Shown: positions 27,753-42,689 of the stretch, piece after piece | Layout of the letters: every line of letters starts with the position of its first letter | Position numbering within the stretch: position 1 is the stretch's first letter | Origin: the human T2T-CHM13v2.0 reference genome, Homo sapiens | Length of the DNA: 64,000 nucleotides | Assembly: GCF_009914755.1 (NCBI RefSeq) | Contig: NC_060926.1 | Reading direction: 5' to 3' (one strand) | Notes under the pieces: generated by a model | Told to the model about the DNA's origin: nothing | Databases searched by the model: none | What the model saw: the letters and a program-made list of their open reading frames with translations, nothing else | Made by a program: the position numbers and the translations under genes

Positions 27753-27973
27753 GTAGGTGGCATGAACTTGCATTCTCTGTCTGTGTCCTGTAGAATTACA
27801 ATTCCCCAGAAATATTATATTGCAGTATACATAAAAGTGATTTCTTTTTTGTAGACGTGAAATATATTGTCTTCATTTCTTGACTCTGCTTGCTTCTCAG
27901 ATGTGTCTTCTCTGAGATGCTAGCATGCATTGGTCACTGTCCCTTATGGCACTTGCTGTGGTTGTTTTTACAG

Positions 27974-28052
27974 CACAAGGTTCTTTTGCAACAGTTCAAT
28001 ACGGGCGATGAGAGAGCCCAGAAGCGCCAGCCTATCCGCGGCTCTGATGAAG
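27974..28052 (+). CDS. RAPGEF4: RAPGEF4 exon (~21)
   Basis: ttttacag|CAC AAG GTT ... GAA G|gtgaga. [26 protein letters not shown](V). 79 nt. Confidence 0.96.
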
Positions 28053-29203
28053 GTGAGAACCCTCTTCCAACTAACTCGTAGTTGTATAGATTATTTAGTC
28101 AGGATAATGGTAAGCATCACCTTGGACCCACAGAATAGCTTCTTTTGAAGATGCCCTGTTGCCCTCCAGATGGTTTGCTTGGAGGTGCCCTTTGGTGGCC
28201 CGATTATTTATGTCCTTAAACTCTTGTGCCTGAAGCCGAGATGCCTGTCTACCTTTCCCTGATTTGGCCTCTCCCTGCTTAACCCCTTTCCTTGGAGGAA
28301 ATGAAGATGATCTCAGGGCCTGGTTGTCAGGATTGCCCACCCCTGGGAAAAGCTGGTGGGAAGGTAGCTGGCGCCTAGTGGGTGCCAAGGAGACAATGGA
28401 TCACCAGCATCCTGCCCAGGGACAATGCTCTGGCCCTGAGCCCAGCCCTGAGCAGGGAGGCTTTACATCAGGAAGATCAAGATGCTGGCTTTTGTTTGGT
28501 TATTTAAGATTCTCCAAAGAATCACAACCAAAAATAGTCACAATAATAATGATAAAAATTTCATTTAAAGCTATAAATAAATCTTGTCATTTAGGACTGC
28601 CTCTAAACCCAGGAATTATAATATAATAATGGGAATTGCTCCCAGGATTTTTGTGTTCAGAGTTGAGCCTCTGGGTGCCATATCCAGATCTGCTGATCTA
28701 AGTCTGCTGAGCTAAATAGCATCCGAGCTTACATGGCCTGGCCCCAAAGCACACAAGCCACTGAAGCAAGTGAGCAGGAGTGTCAGCACGTGCTCATGGC
28801 CCAGGCGGAAGCCCTCCTGTGTGCAGAGAGGTGAATGGTGTCTCCCCACTGCCACACAGGGTAGCAGTGATCTGTGAATTGCCTACAGTATAGCACTTCA
28901 GACCCTGAACATCAGCCTGAAGATACTCTCAATTTTTTCCCATGACCTCTTTGTGGGGTTTTCACCAATATCTCTTGTTCTTTTAATTGGACTTGGCAAC
29001 CATATGTGCACCTATTCTTAGACCAATGCTAAGGTAAGCAGTTTAGAAGGGGCAGGAATAGGGGTAAATGAGTATGAATAAATACAGTAACAAAAATGGC
29101 AAAATGATGCAAATTGGAGAGGATGCCTAAACATTTTTCATAACTATAGTTTTATTGAAAACTCTTAAGAGTGATTTACTACCTTGTTACTGCCTTTGGA
29201 TAG

Positions 29204-29350
29204 TTCTGTTTAAGGTCTATTGCATGGACCACACCTACACAACCATTCGGGTGCCAGTGGCCACTTCGGTGAAGGAAGTCATCAGTGCAGTTGCCGACAA
29301 GCTGGGCTCCGGGGAGGGCCTGATCATAGTCAAGATGAGTTCTGGAGGAG
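29204..29350 (+). CDS. RAPGEF4: RAPGEF4 exon (~22), Ras-association domain
   Basis: ggatag|TT CTG ... GGA G|gtaaca. (V)[48 protein letters not shown](E). 147 nt. Confidence 0.97.
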
Positions 29351-30349
29351 GTAACAGTCTTAATTCATATTTTAGGCTCTGCAAAATGGGACATTCCATC
29401 CAAGCAGAAACTATGTAAGGAGTTAGCGTGGTCATGTGAGGCTCACCCAGAGGATGAACTGGTGCTTATGTATGCTTCCACTAATAACAGAAACAGTATG
29501 GGTAGAGGTGGGTTGGGTTTCTAATGTCCCCTATCTGGTAGGTACCCACTCTAAATCAGAAAGGTGACTGGAACTGAGGACTGTCGTGTAGATGTTGGCC
29601 TGGAGTTCTTTCAATTTAAACTCTATTCAAAAAAGTTTTAGGCCTTGGAGCCCTGAAAAATATGGGCCCCAAGAGGAAATCTAGCTGGACAAGCTCAAGG
29701 CCATGGGTTTCTACAAGTCCAAAGTTGGAAGTGGTCAGAAGCTAGTTCTTTGAAGCTGATGATGGTTTTTCTCCTTACTCAGTAGAGAGGCTAGGAGCCT
29801 GGCTCAAATGAAATGAGGAATATTTTTCCTCCACGGGATTACAGTTCCTTTCACTGTCCTTGATTACATGGTGCATTTTTGAAATGTCATTTATTCGTTC
29901 ATCACATATTTACTGGCCACAGTGTGGCTACGAAGGAAAGAATGAGTTAGACACAGCTCACGTCCCCAGGTTGTTCCCAGGCCAGGGAGGAGGTAGACGG
30001 TAAGTTAAAACAATTACAGTTCATGCTGGCAAGAGTTTTAGGAATGACCACATATTGTAGTGAGAGACTAGAGGAAGCAACAGTGAGGTTCATTTCTCCA
30101 GTCATGATTTGACAGCCATTTGGCGGAATCCTTCAGGAACAGGTGAGCCATTTCTGTCATGTTTTAAGGTGAATGATTCCACTGATGGAGGATTTTTAAA
30201 TGCATGTTGGATTTTAAGATCTCCCTTCCATTTCTGCTCCAGTTGCACAAGGCCCAGGATGTCTGCCCTCCCTGACCCCTTGTCACCTTCCCATAGATAT
30301 CCCAGGTCTCACCCTCACTTTCTTTCAGTCTTTACCCAAATGTCAGTGT

Positions 30350-30630
30350 CTCACTGAAGCTCCCTCCTTCATTTGCTTCATTCCCTTTCTAAAATGTTAA
30401 CTTCTTCCCCTTACACAAGCTTCCTAGACCCCACCCCTGTGATATTTTTTTCTCCTTGCCTTCTCACTCTGTAATCTATTTCTTTTCTTTATTGTTGGCA
30501 TCTCCCACTATGATGTAATGCTTTTTGGAGTGGGATTTTTTTTCTGTATTGTTCCCTTCTGTCTCCCCAGTGCCTGGAGCAGTTTCTGGCATGCAGTAAA
30601 TACAAAATAAATGTTTATTAAATGAACTAA
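30350..30630 (+). mobile_element. L2 3'-end fragment
   Basis: tccccagtgcctggagcagtttctggcatgcagta...aataaatgtttattaaatgaa, the L2 tail motif. Confidence 0.6.
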
Positions 30631-31164
30631 TTTTTTAATTTTTTTGACATGTTCTCATCTGAAGAACTAATTTTTTTAATGTGGGAGGAGGCTTAATCTA
30701 GTTAATGCTATTGCCCTGCAAATTAGGGAATAAGTGAAAAAACAATAGTAAATTTTGCATCTAAAATCATGTGAGGTCTCAGAAACCTCCAAAGTTTTTA
30801 AAAAGTGATCTTTCTATGTCCAAAGTCCTGGGTGTGATTACCATCTGGAAACATAACTTGTGAGATAAATAGCAAGTGCGGGTTTTATGTGCTCAGTAAT
30901 TATGGTTGCAGCACAAAACTGGGTGAATTGACCCTCTGGCATCTCTATTCCTTTTTGTGGCCATTTCTGAAGGCATCCTGAGTGGCGCAGGGCTGCATGA
31001 ATGCCGTCTTTTTTATTCCGTGGATCCCTTCAGTACTCTATTTTATGCAGTCACTCTGCGTGTTCCGGTAATTCACCAAGCTGGCAATTTGTTGGTGTGA
31101 TTAGGGCAGTGCAGCAAATCTCAGATGTATTTAATAGGCAATCTCATGCTTTTTATGTTCACAG

Positions 31165-31262
31165 AAAAGGTGGTGCTCAAACCTAATGATGTTTCAGTAT
31201 TTACGACGCTCACCATTAATGGACGCCTGTTTGCTTGCCCGCGAGAGCAATTCGATTCACTG
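31165..31262 (+). CDS. RAPGEF4: RAPGEF4 exon (~23), RA domain C-terminal half
   Basis: tcacag|AA AAG ... CTG|gtaggt. (E)[32 protein letters not shown]. 98 nt. Confidence 0.97.
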
Positions 31263-31990
31263 GTAGGTGTGGATGGCCTGCTCAGAGCAGCATTGCAATC
31301 AGAAAAACTTGTCTGGAGCCTAATTTTGCAGTCACACTGAACCCAGTGGCTAAAAAATCTTGAATGGTACTTAGCTTTTTCTTTTTCTGCAGTCTATTAG
31401 GTAAGCCTCAGGTGTTCATTTGAGATGCTCAGGGCTTTTGATTTTCTTTTGTGAAAATTAGCCAAGTAGCACCACTATTAGGGCATAATTCAGCTTTCAG
31501 AACTCTTTGTTGTAATTCGCCTCATTGGTATGTCCCCAGTTTAAATATTAAGAATCTGAATACTTACACCAGGATGGAAATAATTTTTCTAAAGCAAGAT
31601 ATCACTATTTATCAGGCTCCTTTGCATTATGGCAAAGCCACCATCTGATCTAAGAGAAATGCTGTTCCCCAAAAGCACTTTCTCTACCTTATGCAGAAAA
31701 TGGCAAAGTCCAGACCCTTCCCTAAGTCTCCAAAAACACTTGTTACCCAGCATACAGACAGATCTTTCTGTGAAGAAAAGACTAATAGGACCACACTAAT
31801 AACTGAGTAGCCTGCTCTCTTTTAAGTCGGTGGTAGCATCCATTTCTATTTCTCCTACCAGAATTTGGTATGTAGGTGAGTAGCTAGTAACATATCTTAG
31901 AAAGCCTAGAGGGCCAATTCAGAGGGTAGAGAAACTGGTTTCTTCAGTCTTTGGATACACGGGGTTTCTCCTTTAAGAAAGGCACAAGAC

Positions 31991-32172
<182 letters not shown>

Positions 32173-34494
32173 CTAGAGGTAAACTGCATCCAATTTTAGG
32201 GAGAGAGTTTACATAAGGGATGCATGAGTAGGTTTCAAGTTTGATCAGATCAGCTCTTATAGATATCAAGATTCTCTTCCTTGGACTTTTTAGAGGTTGT
32301 TTCAGGCTCATCATAATCCTGATTTTTTGTTTTAGAGAGTACCATTTTGTGCACTCCAGTGAGGATAGGTGGATTTTTACCATATTTTGAATTCACTTGG
32401 AGAGGAACTTAGCAAATGTGGCATTAGTTTTCCTGCTAATCCCTCATCCATCAGAGCCCATAAGCACGCTCACCTTTCCTCAATCACCAGCCTTATAAGA
32501 TCTGAGTCTGCCTCCCGCCTTTCCGTATATTTTTTTAGTCATCTACATTCATTGCTTTCTAAATAAATATTTCTCAATACTGAAGGATTGGGAAAAAAAA
32601 TGTCATAAATGAGTCGTGCTGCCCTCTCCTGGAAAGGAAAGCCATAAAAAGCCAGTTCAGCGCAGCCCCATTAAAGGTGCTATGTGACATGTTACTGCAC
32701 GGGTGCTGGGGACTCTCTTGCCAGAGGGTTCTTGGCCGCAGTGCCAAATGACATGGCGCAGACACAGGGAGTGCAGACTGTCTTCAGCTCCCTGTGGGGC
32801 AGATACTAACTTTCTAAACCTCTGTTTGTTGGCACACCGTCCTGCAGCCTTCCAAGTTCTTAGTCCTTGCTTGTCCTCTGTTTTAAGGCCTCTGTCGTTG
32901 GAAGGAATGTCCTCTGCATTGAGTACCCTGGGCATGAACTTCTTCCCTATCAGCGCTCTGCCATTCATTGTGCTGTGAGTGGCCAAACCTTACCTGCCTC
33001 ACATAACTGTGGACAATGAGCTCCTTCTCTGGCTTTCTAAAGATTCCCTTTGAGGACAGCCCATCGAGGAGGAGTCGCACAGAGGATGACCCTGCAGTAG
33101 AGAATGTTGGCCACACTCTCTGATCCATCCACACATGCTTCTGCAGGGTCTGCTCTGTGCTTGGGGCTGTGCTGGCTTCTGTGAGACACTAAACCAAGTG
33201 CCCCAGAGCCTCTGTCCTTACCGCAGTTACGCTAAAGCCAGAGAGATGAGACTAACACAAGCAGCCTGGAATAGAACAAGTCTTAGTGTTCAATGTTAGC
33301 CTTAAATTGTGTGGTCTATAATAGAATCAGTAGAGTGCTGGCAAGTTAGCCTAGTGGTTAAGGGTTCAGATTCTGAAACTTTACTCTTCATATTTTATTT
33401 AAGTATAAATATCAGTACAGAGCAAATTCCTATAAAACTCCATTGTAGTATAATGTGATTCTACTTTTGTCCATTCACTGGTTCCTCAGACTTTTATTTA
33501 GTACCTACCACATCATCGCAGGCATTGTAGATGGTTCTGGCTCTAAAATGGTCTTGAAGACAAAACCATCATGGTCCTTGTACCTCAGTGAGCAAACAGT
33601 GTAGTGAGGCACCCCCGCATGTGACCAGTGAGAATGCAGTGCAGCAAGGGCCGTAGCAGAGCTAGACACAGAGGGTGTGGGCACACGAGGAAAGGAAGAT
33701 GCTCCGGGTAGCTTACCTTCGCCATCTCTTTGTCACTGACAATCCACACATCCCTTTTATGTCTTAGTCTCCTCATCTGGAAAATGGGAGGATAACAATG
33801 CTACTCTCCCAATTACCCCTCTCCAGCCTTAGCAAAGAAATCATGGCTCAAAAACCGTGGGGAGAAAATGCATGGGAGTTCTGTGTCTGTGTGTAAGCAG
33901 CTTTCAGATCTGTCTGTGCGATGCAGGCTCCACATAAGCTCTGCTGTGCCTTATCTGTAGGACATTTCCACAGGGCTATGTACAAGAAAATGGCCCAAGG
34001 AGGCGCTTCCTCTGGGGTCCAGGGTGAGCATTTATATTCCCCACTTCTAAGGGAGAAGCACCTTTTGCTGCTCAGATTGCCTCTTCCGTGGCTCATGGAA
34101 GGGGTCAACCTGCCCTACGCCGGGAGAGAGACTTGGTGAGCCCTGCCCACTGAAAGAAAAGTTGAGACTCAACAGAGCTTTCCGTTACTCTCAAAAGGGT
34201 TGCAGGAGTGATAGACCAGCATCCACGACTAAAAGAACTTTGCATATTTCTTAATATTAGACTCTTCCCTGTGTTGTTAGGTAAACTTGTCCCCCTTATG
34301 TAAAGTTATAAAGCCTCAAGGAAAAGAAGGAGCAAGGTGTACTGGGTATCTCCAATCCTGAGGAGAGAGCAAACAGCAGGAATAACGTAGGAGGGGCAGC
34401 TCCGCAGAGCAGCAGAAGGGCTGTGTTCACAGCAGCTGCAAGAGGGAAGGAAGAACGTGCAAGGCCAGTTTGATCCTCTGAGAGGCAGTCGTAA

Positions 34495-35063
<569 letters not shown>

Positions 35064-35962
35064 TGCTGCAGCACTTCTAGAAAGTGAACTGATTTGGGGG
35101 AGGGGACCTCTTTTGTGCCAGGCACTGTATTTACATGATTCACTGAAATCATTCCTATCCAGTTCTCTTAACAAGCCTAGGTATAGGTATCATGACCCCA
35201 ATTTACCAGAGCTGGAAACAGACACTCAAGAGATTAGGGAATCAATCCAAGTCTACACAGTTAGAGTAGGGTTTATATTCAGAGTCACTTGCTCTCTAAA
35301 GCTGACACTAACCTGGTCTATTATCTAGTCTATTACAAAACACAAACTCCTAATCTGGTACACGAAGATGTGCTACTAACTGTTCACACTGTCCATGGGG
35401 ACCCCCTGTGCTCTCTGCTCCTGCCAAGCAAGTTTCATGACAGCTTCCCCATCTTCATGCTCTTGTTGCCATCCTTCCACCCCAAGGGACCATCCTGGAT
35501 GCTCAGGGAAAACCTTGCTATTCTCACCTGCCCAAGCTTGTCTGCTTCATCTTTTAAAGCCCAGCTTCTTCAAGATCCTGTTCAGACCACACATTCATTC
35601 CAAATACCCAATAACTTCCCAAAAATTCATTCATGTTCCCCTCCTGTTTATCTCTGTACCTGGGTGTCACATGTGTTGTTGCTTCTGTCCCTTTATACCT
35701 GCAAATAAGGACCAGCAGCAGATGCTGCCTCTGTGGAGTGCTGTATGGGCCAGACAGGGTTGATTCCCTTCAACTGTAACCTTGCTTGGTCCTCTCTTAG
35801 ACTGTAAACTTCCAAATGCAAGCACCGTCTACCTGCAGAACATGTAATTTCTCTAGTGCCCAGAATGCAGTGGGAGTTTGTAGAATACAGTGATGATGAT
35901 GAAAATGATGATGGAACTTGTATAATATTAGGACTTCTGACATGGATAGTATCTAAATATAG

Positions 35963-36288
<326 letters not shown>

Positions 36289-37118
36289 ACTTTTGTGACT
36301 TTTGGAACTTTGTAATGTGTGTGTTGCCTATTTATATATAAATCTATTGCATTATACGTGTGCTTCCTATATATGCATATCATTCATCTCACTAAGTAAA
36401 AACACTTTAGATCATTTCTCATAAAATAAAACTGAGATAAGCAAGTCAGATGGAAACTTTTAGTGAGGGGTCTTCCAGAAAGTAGCAGACGTTGGCTTTC
36501 TAATGTCTAGCCCAAAACACCGTGATCATGCGAATAACATCCTCAGCTCAACATCTGCCCAAGAGTAGAGGGATCAGACATCATGTGTAACCTCAGTTCA
36601 CAGAGCTTTCCATTCCCTCATGACCCCAGGCAGTGTGTCCCAAGAGATGGAGAGGCAGCAGTGTTACCATGGCCACCGGCAGCAGGAAGTAGCACTGTGG
36701 ATGAACGTCCCAAACTGCCATGCCGTTACCTGCTTTACAGCAGCTTCAGTGAGAAATAGGAGAAAAAAGGTCTCCCAGGACTTCTTCCATTTTTACCAGG
36801 GAAAAGAAGAGTTTCCAGGGACCTCCCAGGCCTGAGTGTGAGAGAAGAGAACCTCTGCAGGTCACTCTTCACTGAATCTTATTTGCCGCGGTTCACATTT
36901 TTCAGTCAGTGGAATTGATGGTAATGATGATTGGTGACTTACAGACGACACTAAAGCAACTAGCGTTGCGAGCAGAGGCATCTCTCCTCAGAGTTTCCAG
37001 ATATTCCTGAAAGCGTCCATCTCCAGAATCCTTTCCCCTCAGAAACTCCTGAAAGCTTTTAGTGCTAAATACTTGTCTGTGTTGAGTTTCTGATATGTTT
37101 TTGCATTATTATTCATAG

Positions 37119-37244
37119 ACTCCCTTACCAGAACAGGAAGGCCCAACTGTTGGAACAGTGGGAACTTTTGAACTGATGAGCTCCAAAGATTTAGCATACC
37201 AGATGACAATTTATGATTGGGAACTCTTCAACTGCGTGCATGAG
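37119..37244 (+). CDS. RAPGEF4: RAPGEF4 exon (~24), start of CDC25-homology domain
   Basis: ttcatag|ACT CCC ... CAT GAG|gtaaga. [42 protein letters not shown]. 126 nt. Confidence 0.97.
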
Positions 37245-37627
37245 GTAAGATGCAGGATCAGATGTGTTAGTAGCTGAGATAGCAAGGATAAAGGCTGCTG
37301 GCATTGCTTAGTTTGTAAGTGCTAATATGTGCTACAATATGGAAACCACATGACCATTTTTTTGCATACTGAGCTTATAAATAAAGCATGCTATAAAGCC
37401 TTTGAGTATTAAAGAAAAATCTTTACAGTATGCCGTGTCTTCCTGTGTATATTAAGCCAGTAAAACCTAGTTTATATTTATATATTTAACAAACCTCATG
37501 GAAGCCCTTCAAGTCTGATTGACTTCACATTTGCTGACCAGTAAAACACTGTCTTGACAAATAGAGAAACCTGCTGGTGTTTTGATTTAAAAAAAAATAA
37601 GCAAAATTGTTTTCCTTTATTTTCTAG

Positions 37628-37806
37628 CTGGAGCTAATCTATCACACATTTGGAAGGCATAATTTTAAAAAGACCACAGCAAACTTGGATTTGTTCCTGA
37701 GGAGATTTAATGAAATTCAGTTTTGGGTCGTCACTGAGATCTGCCTTTGTTCTCAGCTCAGCAAGCGTGTTCAGCTATTAAAAAAATTTATTAAGATAGC
37801 AGCCCA
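37628..37806 (+). CDS. RAPGEF4: RAPGEF4 exon (~25), CDC25-HD
   Basis: ttctag|CTG GAG ... GCC CA|gtaagt. [59 protein letters not shown](H). 179 nt. Confidence 0.97.
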
Positions 37807-38180
37807 GTAAGTATATTTAGCTTGGAAAGAGAAAAAAAAATGTTGAGCTGTGTTTTCATTTTGTTTTCTTAGACTACACCTTAAAAAGAAAAGCAGGATC
37901 TAGGAACTGCTAGAGGGCCAAACACAGGGTCTTAGGAATAACCAAACTCTTGTAATGGATCTCTCCTATATTTTGTAGCATTTAACATCAATAGATAAAT
38001 TAACTTCTTTACAGCACTGATGCTGGAGTCGAAGTTGTGACCTCTCTTTGCTCTTTGCTTTCTACTCAGACGGTTTTGCCTCCTTTAGTTTAAAATTCCT
38101 TCCGTAAACCAAGTTCCCTTATACTTCGAAAGTTCAGTTGAAAAGATCTTGAAGTCAATGTCCAGCATGACACATTCTCA

Positions 38181-38194
38181 CCAGTAGAGGGCAG
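38181..38194 (+). promoter_or_regulatory. CTCF core motif
   Basis: CCAGTAGAGGGCAG fits CCASYAGRKGGCRS at 14/14 positions. Binding not shown. Confidence 0.55.
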
Positions 38195-40710
38195 TGCAGC
38201 ATGCATGTACAGCAGCACATCCAGCCCAGACAGAATTAAATCGGTAAAATGCATGCGAGCTAACCTGGTACATGAAAATCATCACTACAAACATCAGAAA
38301 AAGAAGCATCTATCTTATAAATATTCTATTAAACAGCACTTCATGGGAAACAATTTTTTTACTACAGGGGCCAGTTAGAGTTCTCCCTGACATGAATTTA
38401 ATCTTCTCCTGCTATTTAGATATGCCTGACAACCTCCTGTTTACTTCCATGTTTTTGGTATCACCACAGTGCTAAAAATAAAATGCTAAATGTGGCCTAT
38501 GGCTGTGAGACTTCTTTCCTTTCTAAATGCAGGGAGCTCTAGCACACAGGAAGGCTGAGAGCACAAGTGACCCCAGCTAGACAATTTTCTTGACCCAAAA
38601 TCAAACATGGAGTTTGATTTCCTGGGCTAAACAAAGAAGTAAAGGCTGCTTGACATTTTATAGATATCAGTTTGCCAGATGCCTGGAATTATTTGCCAAC
38701 AACTTGAGGGTTCAATAGAATACCAAATCCCTTGGATTCAAAAGCTGCTATCTGTTAATATGGCAAAGCTGGCTATTTTAAGAAAGGCTTGGTAAAATGG
38801 TGCCTGTGAATTTCTGGTTCAGAGTATAGCCACTTCCCTGGTAGTCTGCACAGCCTTATGGCAAGGGACAAATGCCTTCACATATTTGGAATGAGCTGAT
38901 TATGGAAACTATGACAAGATGTGCTTTCCCGTTAGAAGAAGCACACTCTCTCTCTTCACCTTAGCCTGGCAGTGCCCAATGCAACAAGAAGAGAGAGGCA
39001 ATCTGCACACAAATGTGGGAAGCCAGAAAATCTTTTGGGGCCTGATCCTGTTATTTTACAGAGGCAACATGGGAGAGCCTTTCAGAACACCCAGGACTTT
39101 TTTTTATATATATATATTTTTGCTTTTCTTATCCCTCTCCCTTCTGTTTAGGTGAATGAGTAGGTGGACTTGGCCTTCAGTATAAATTAGTTTATGTTAT
39201 TTAACCATTATTAAGCCCTGTGCTACATTTGCCGTCCTGTAGAGAAGCTATTTACACAGCCCAGCTGAAGAAGACTGTAGACTTTTTAAATCCGAGATCT
39301 ACAAGAATGAGGTTGAAACCTCGTGACAGTAGCATCTGTTTTACTTTATATTTTTAGAGAACTTCAACATATTTGTTTTAAGCTCTTTGCCTGCCCAGAA
39401 CTGTGTGAAGTTGGTGGAAGCAGATGTTCTTATTCCTCTGTTTACATTCGTGGAGGCATAGAGAAATTTCATGACTTACATAGGGTAATAAAGTTAGCTG
39501 ATAACAAGGCAGTGACTAGAAAGGCAGGTCTACAGCCCTGCATTTGTTCTTTCAAGATCACATAAAGGACAGAGGCAAACACATAGATGTGATTGTATAC
39601 CTGCCTTTAGCCCCAGGTGTCTTCTAAATAACCTTCAGCTCCTGAACTCAGACCCATTGTCCCAGCACACCAAAGGCCTCACTTGCTTTCTCACCAGTGG
39701 GACCATACACACTAGCTTCTCTGAAATATGTTCTCCATCTCCACACAGACAATTTAAGAATTACTCTTTGCTACCTTTGCAATGGGTAGCAAATGCAACA
39801 ATTTAGTCTTTTTCAAAAATGTTAATCCAAACAGGATTTCATTATGATATGGTCAATTTCGATAACCATATTGATTCAGGATGAAGGATTTATGCGTATT
39901 GCAAAATGAATTCTTTCCCTTTTCAGGGACCTGGTATGAAGAAGTTTGGGGTTTCTCTTTCTAAAAAATGGTTAAACCAAGTAGCTGTGTTAAACATCAC
40001 CATTCTAATAAGAATTTCTGTTTTTTTCCACATGTCTCATTCCCAAACATATATTCATAAAAGCTAATAATGGCGTAAGTACAGATTCAAAATGATCAGC
40101 TTCATTGATGTCAGTAAAACACAGAGAAGGTTATTTCTTGGTCAGTTGTTTAGGTTACTTCTCAGCTTTAAAATTCCTTGAGATTGAGTGCCCAGCCTAT
40201 AGAGATCACACCTTATAAGTTGATATTTTTCAACAAACAAGTAGCATTTGCATGGCAGCTAGAAGCCATGGTGGCTGCAGCTGTGAGACTCCCTTAGTGC
40301 CCTCTCAAGCTGCCAGAGGAGGATATCCACCTTCAGGCTAAAGGTCTAGAAATCTCCAAGGGCACTTCACTTTTTTTCTTACCCCATGAGATATTTCCCT
40401 CTCGGTCCAACAAGGCTTTTAGCAAGTTTGGGATTATAATAACAACCCCTAAGGTAGGTGTCTTTAAGTTCCTTCTCAGATCCCAAACCTCAATGGCTAA
40501 CGTCTTCAACTTTCTAAAAACACAGTGAGAAATCAAACAGCAGAACATGGTCACCCAAGTGGAACTTTTACAGTACATTAAATCTATCATTGCCTGTTCT
40601 CATAAATGAGCCCTGACAAATATTAATGACTATCAGAAAATAGAACTCTAATTTTTTTTATCTCACACAGAAGTAACATTTTACTCAAACACGCATCTCC
40701 TGTGTTTCAG

Positions 40711-40801
40711 CTGTAAGGAGTATAAAAATCTGAATTCCTTTTTTGCCATCGTCATGGGACTAAGTAACGTTGCTGTGAGCCGCTTGGCACTAACGTGGGA
40801 G
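40711..40801 (+). CDS. RAPGEF4: RAPGEF4 exon (~26), CDC25-HD
   Basis: tttcag|C TGT ... TGG GAG|gtaagc. [30 protein letters not shown]. 91 nt. Confidence 0.97.
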
Positions 40802-42689
40802 GTAAGCTTCAGCTAGGATCCAGCTGTGACTTTTGCCTTAGGAATAAAAACACAGGCTCACCAGTGAGCTTTTTAATAGAAATATCACTCACACTAGTAT
40901 AACAATGGGAAAGGTGGGACACTTGGAGGGAGGTGACCTGTCTCCTTTTTCCAGTTGCCTCAGAGGGAGAATTTTTAAAAGATATTGTCCTTTTGTGTAT
41001 GGAGAGTGGGGGAGATGAGGAGATGTCTACTTCTTGATATATGCAATGTAAATAAAAATAAGTCCAGTTCCTAAGTATAACATGAAGGACCCACATTGCT
41101 GGGGATGACTTCATAAGTTTGCTCATAGATTGTATTGTTTTCTGAAATGTCTGCTTGTTGCTTTTGCCATAAATCTTATCTTTAATTGAAAGAGGACAGA
41201 AGATCCATTTTTATCCAAGTACTCATTTTGCTTCTGGAAGGAAGAGCCAGGAAGCCAACTGTTTGCAGCAGTTGAGTACTAAGTGTCGCCTCACCACCTG
41301 GCAGACTTCTCTCCACGGAGAGGAACAACAGTTGGCTAATATTCAGTTTGGGGCAAAAGTGAGGCAGGTGTGTTGTGAGTCTCTGTAGCAAATATAATGA
41401 ATGGTTTGTCGAGAGTTGGGTATTCAAGCTAGAAAACATCTTCATTTATTATTAGCTTTGTACTCAAAATGTGCTTGACCTCTTACACGTGGCATATAGT
41501 TGAAGAAATACTAATCTCTAATAGAACATACATACAGAAATAGACTCATGCTAAAAATAAAAAATTGTGTGTAAGTGGGACACAGAAAGAGGGCAAGGAG
41601 TATGTATTAGAGACCCAACTTGCAATGGTGCTTAAAGGCAGCTGTTTGCATCTCTAAATGCTTTTCTGAAATTATTTTCTTCCCCATGTCCTTCTTGCAA
41701 TGATTTTCTTTTTCCGTCCCTCCTAAATGTTTCCATTGTTTGTAGGGCAGGTCCTCACAAGTCCTTCTGTCTTGGGTTTCTCTTAAAATTCCAGGCAGAT
41801 GCAGCACACAGCAGCTCATCCCCTGAATATAGGAATGAGGGAATTGGTGAGGCCTGCGTGCCATGCAGCTATATCATCTTCCAGCTAGTAAAAGGACGGA
41901 GCTCGTGCTGCCAAGAGATCTAAGCACAAAGCCATAATGCAACTCCCTCGTCTTATAGTCCAAGGCTCTTGGGATTGCTGGAGACCTAGGGTCCTCCTGC
42001 AAAGAGTCTGCCTTCCCCAGTCAGCTACCAGCTTCTAATCCCCCTGCCACAGAGTCCAAATTAGTTGGTTGGGGACATTTTAAAAAACCATAAAGCCTCA
42101 AAGGGTCCAAGGAGGCCAGGTGTGGGTACCACAGATCAGCCAGACAATAAGAACAGAGCATGTGGGAAACACTCTCTGAACCCTCTTTCCCAGTCTAAAT
42201 AAAAAAGTAGGAGGCTGCTGAAGAGGGTGCAGGCAGCAAAAGGAGATAGCTAACTGGCCAGTCCTTTGGTTTCACTAGGGATGGGAGTTCTGTGAGTCTA
42301 TGAGCTTCTGTTTTCAGCACTGAATGTTGCTGAAAAGAGGAAATTATCCTTTCATCATTTATAAGCCTTTGTTTTTTAAGGTGAAGTATAATTATATAAT
42401 TCTGTATGGGAGATTTCATTCCTAAGCACCTTTGATTCTAGTTTATGTACCTGCACTTGCCGAGAAAACCTCCCAAAAGCCTCCCATGCAACTCCATTGA
42501 GCACCACAGTGACCACAAGAGCAGTGTGAGAAATGCTGCCTGGCCTCATGGAACTAGGGGACACGTGTGGAACAGCCACGGAATAAAATAGAAAGGAAAG
42601 CCAGAGCACACAATAAAGGGAAGGGTTCAAAACTGAGGGGGAAGATCAAGCTGAGATGAAGCAAATGAGAATTACCTGGAGCACACACA

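Noticed and set aside
29311-29313. Codon G706 (site of the reported G706R variant), at a CpG
   Set aside because: The window has the ordinary Gly codon. It only confirmed residue numbering, as did V646.
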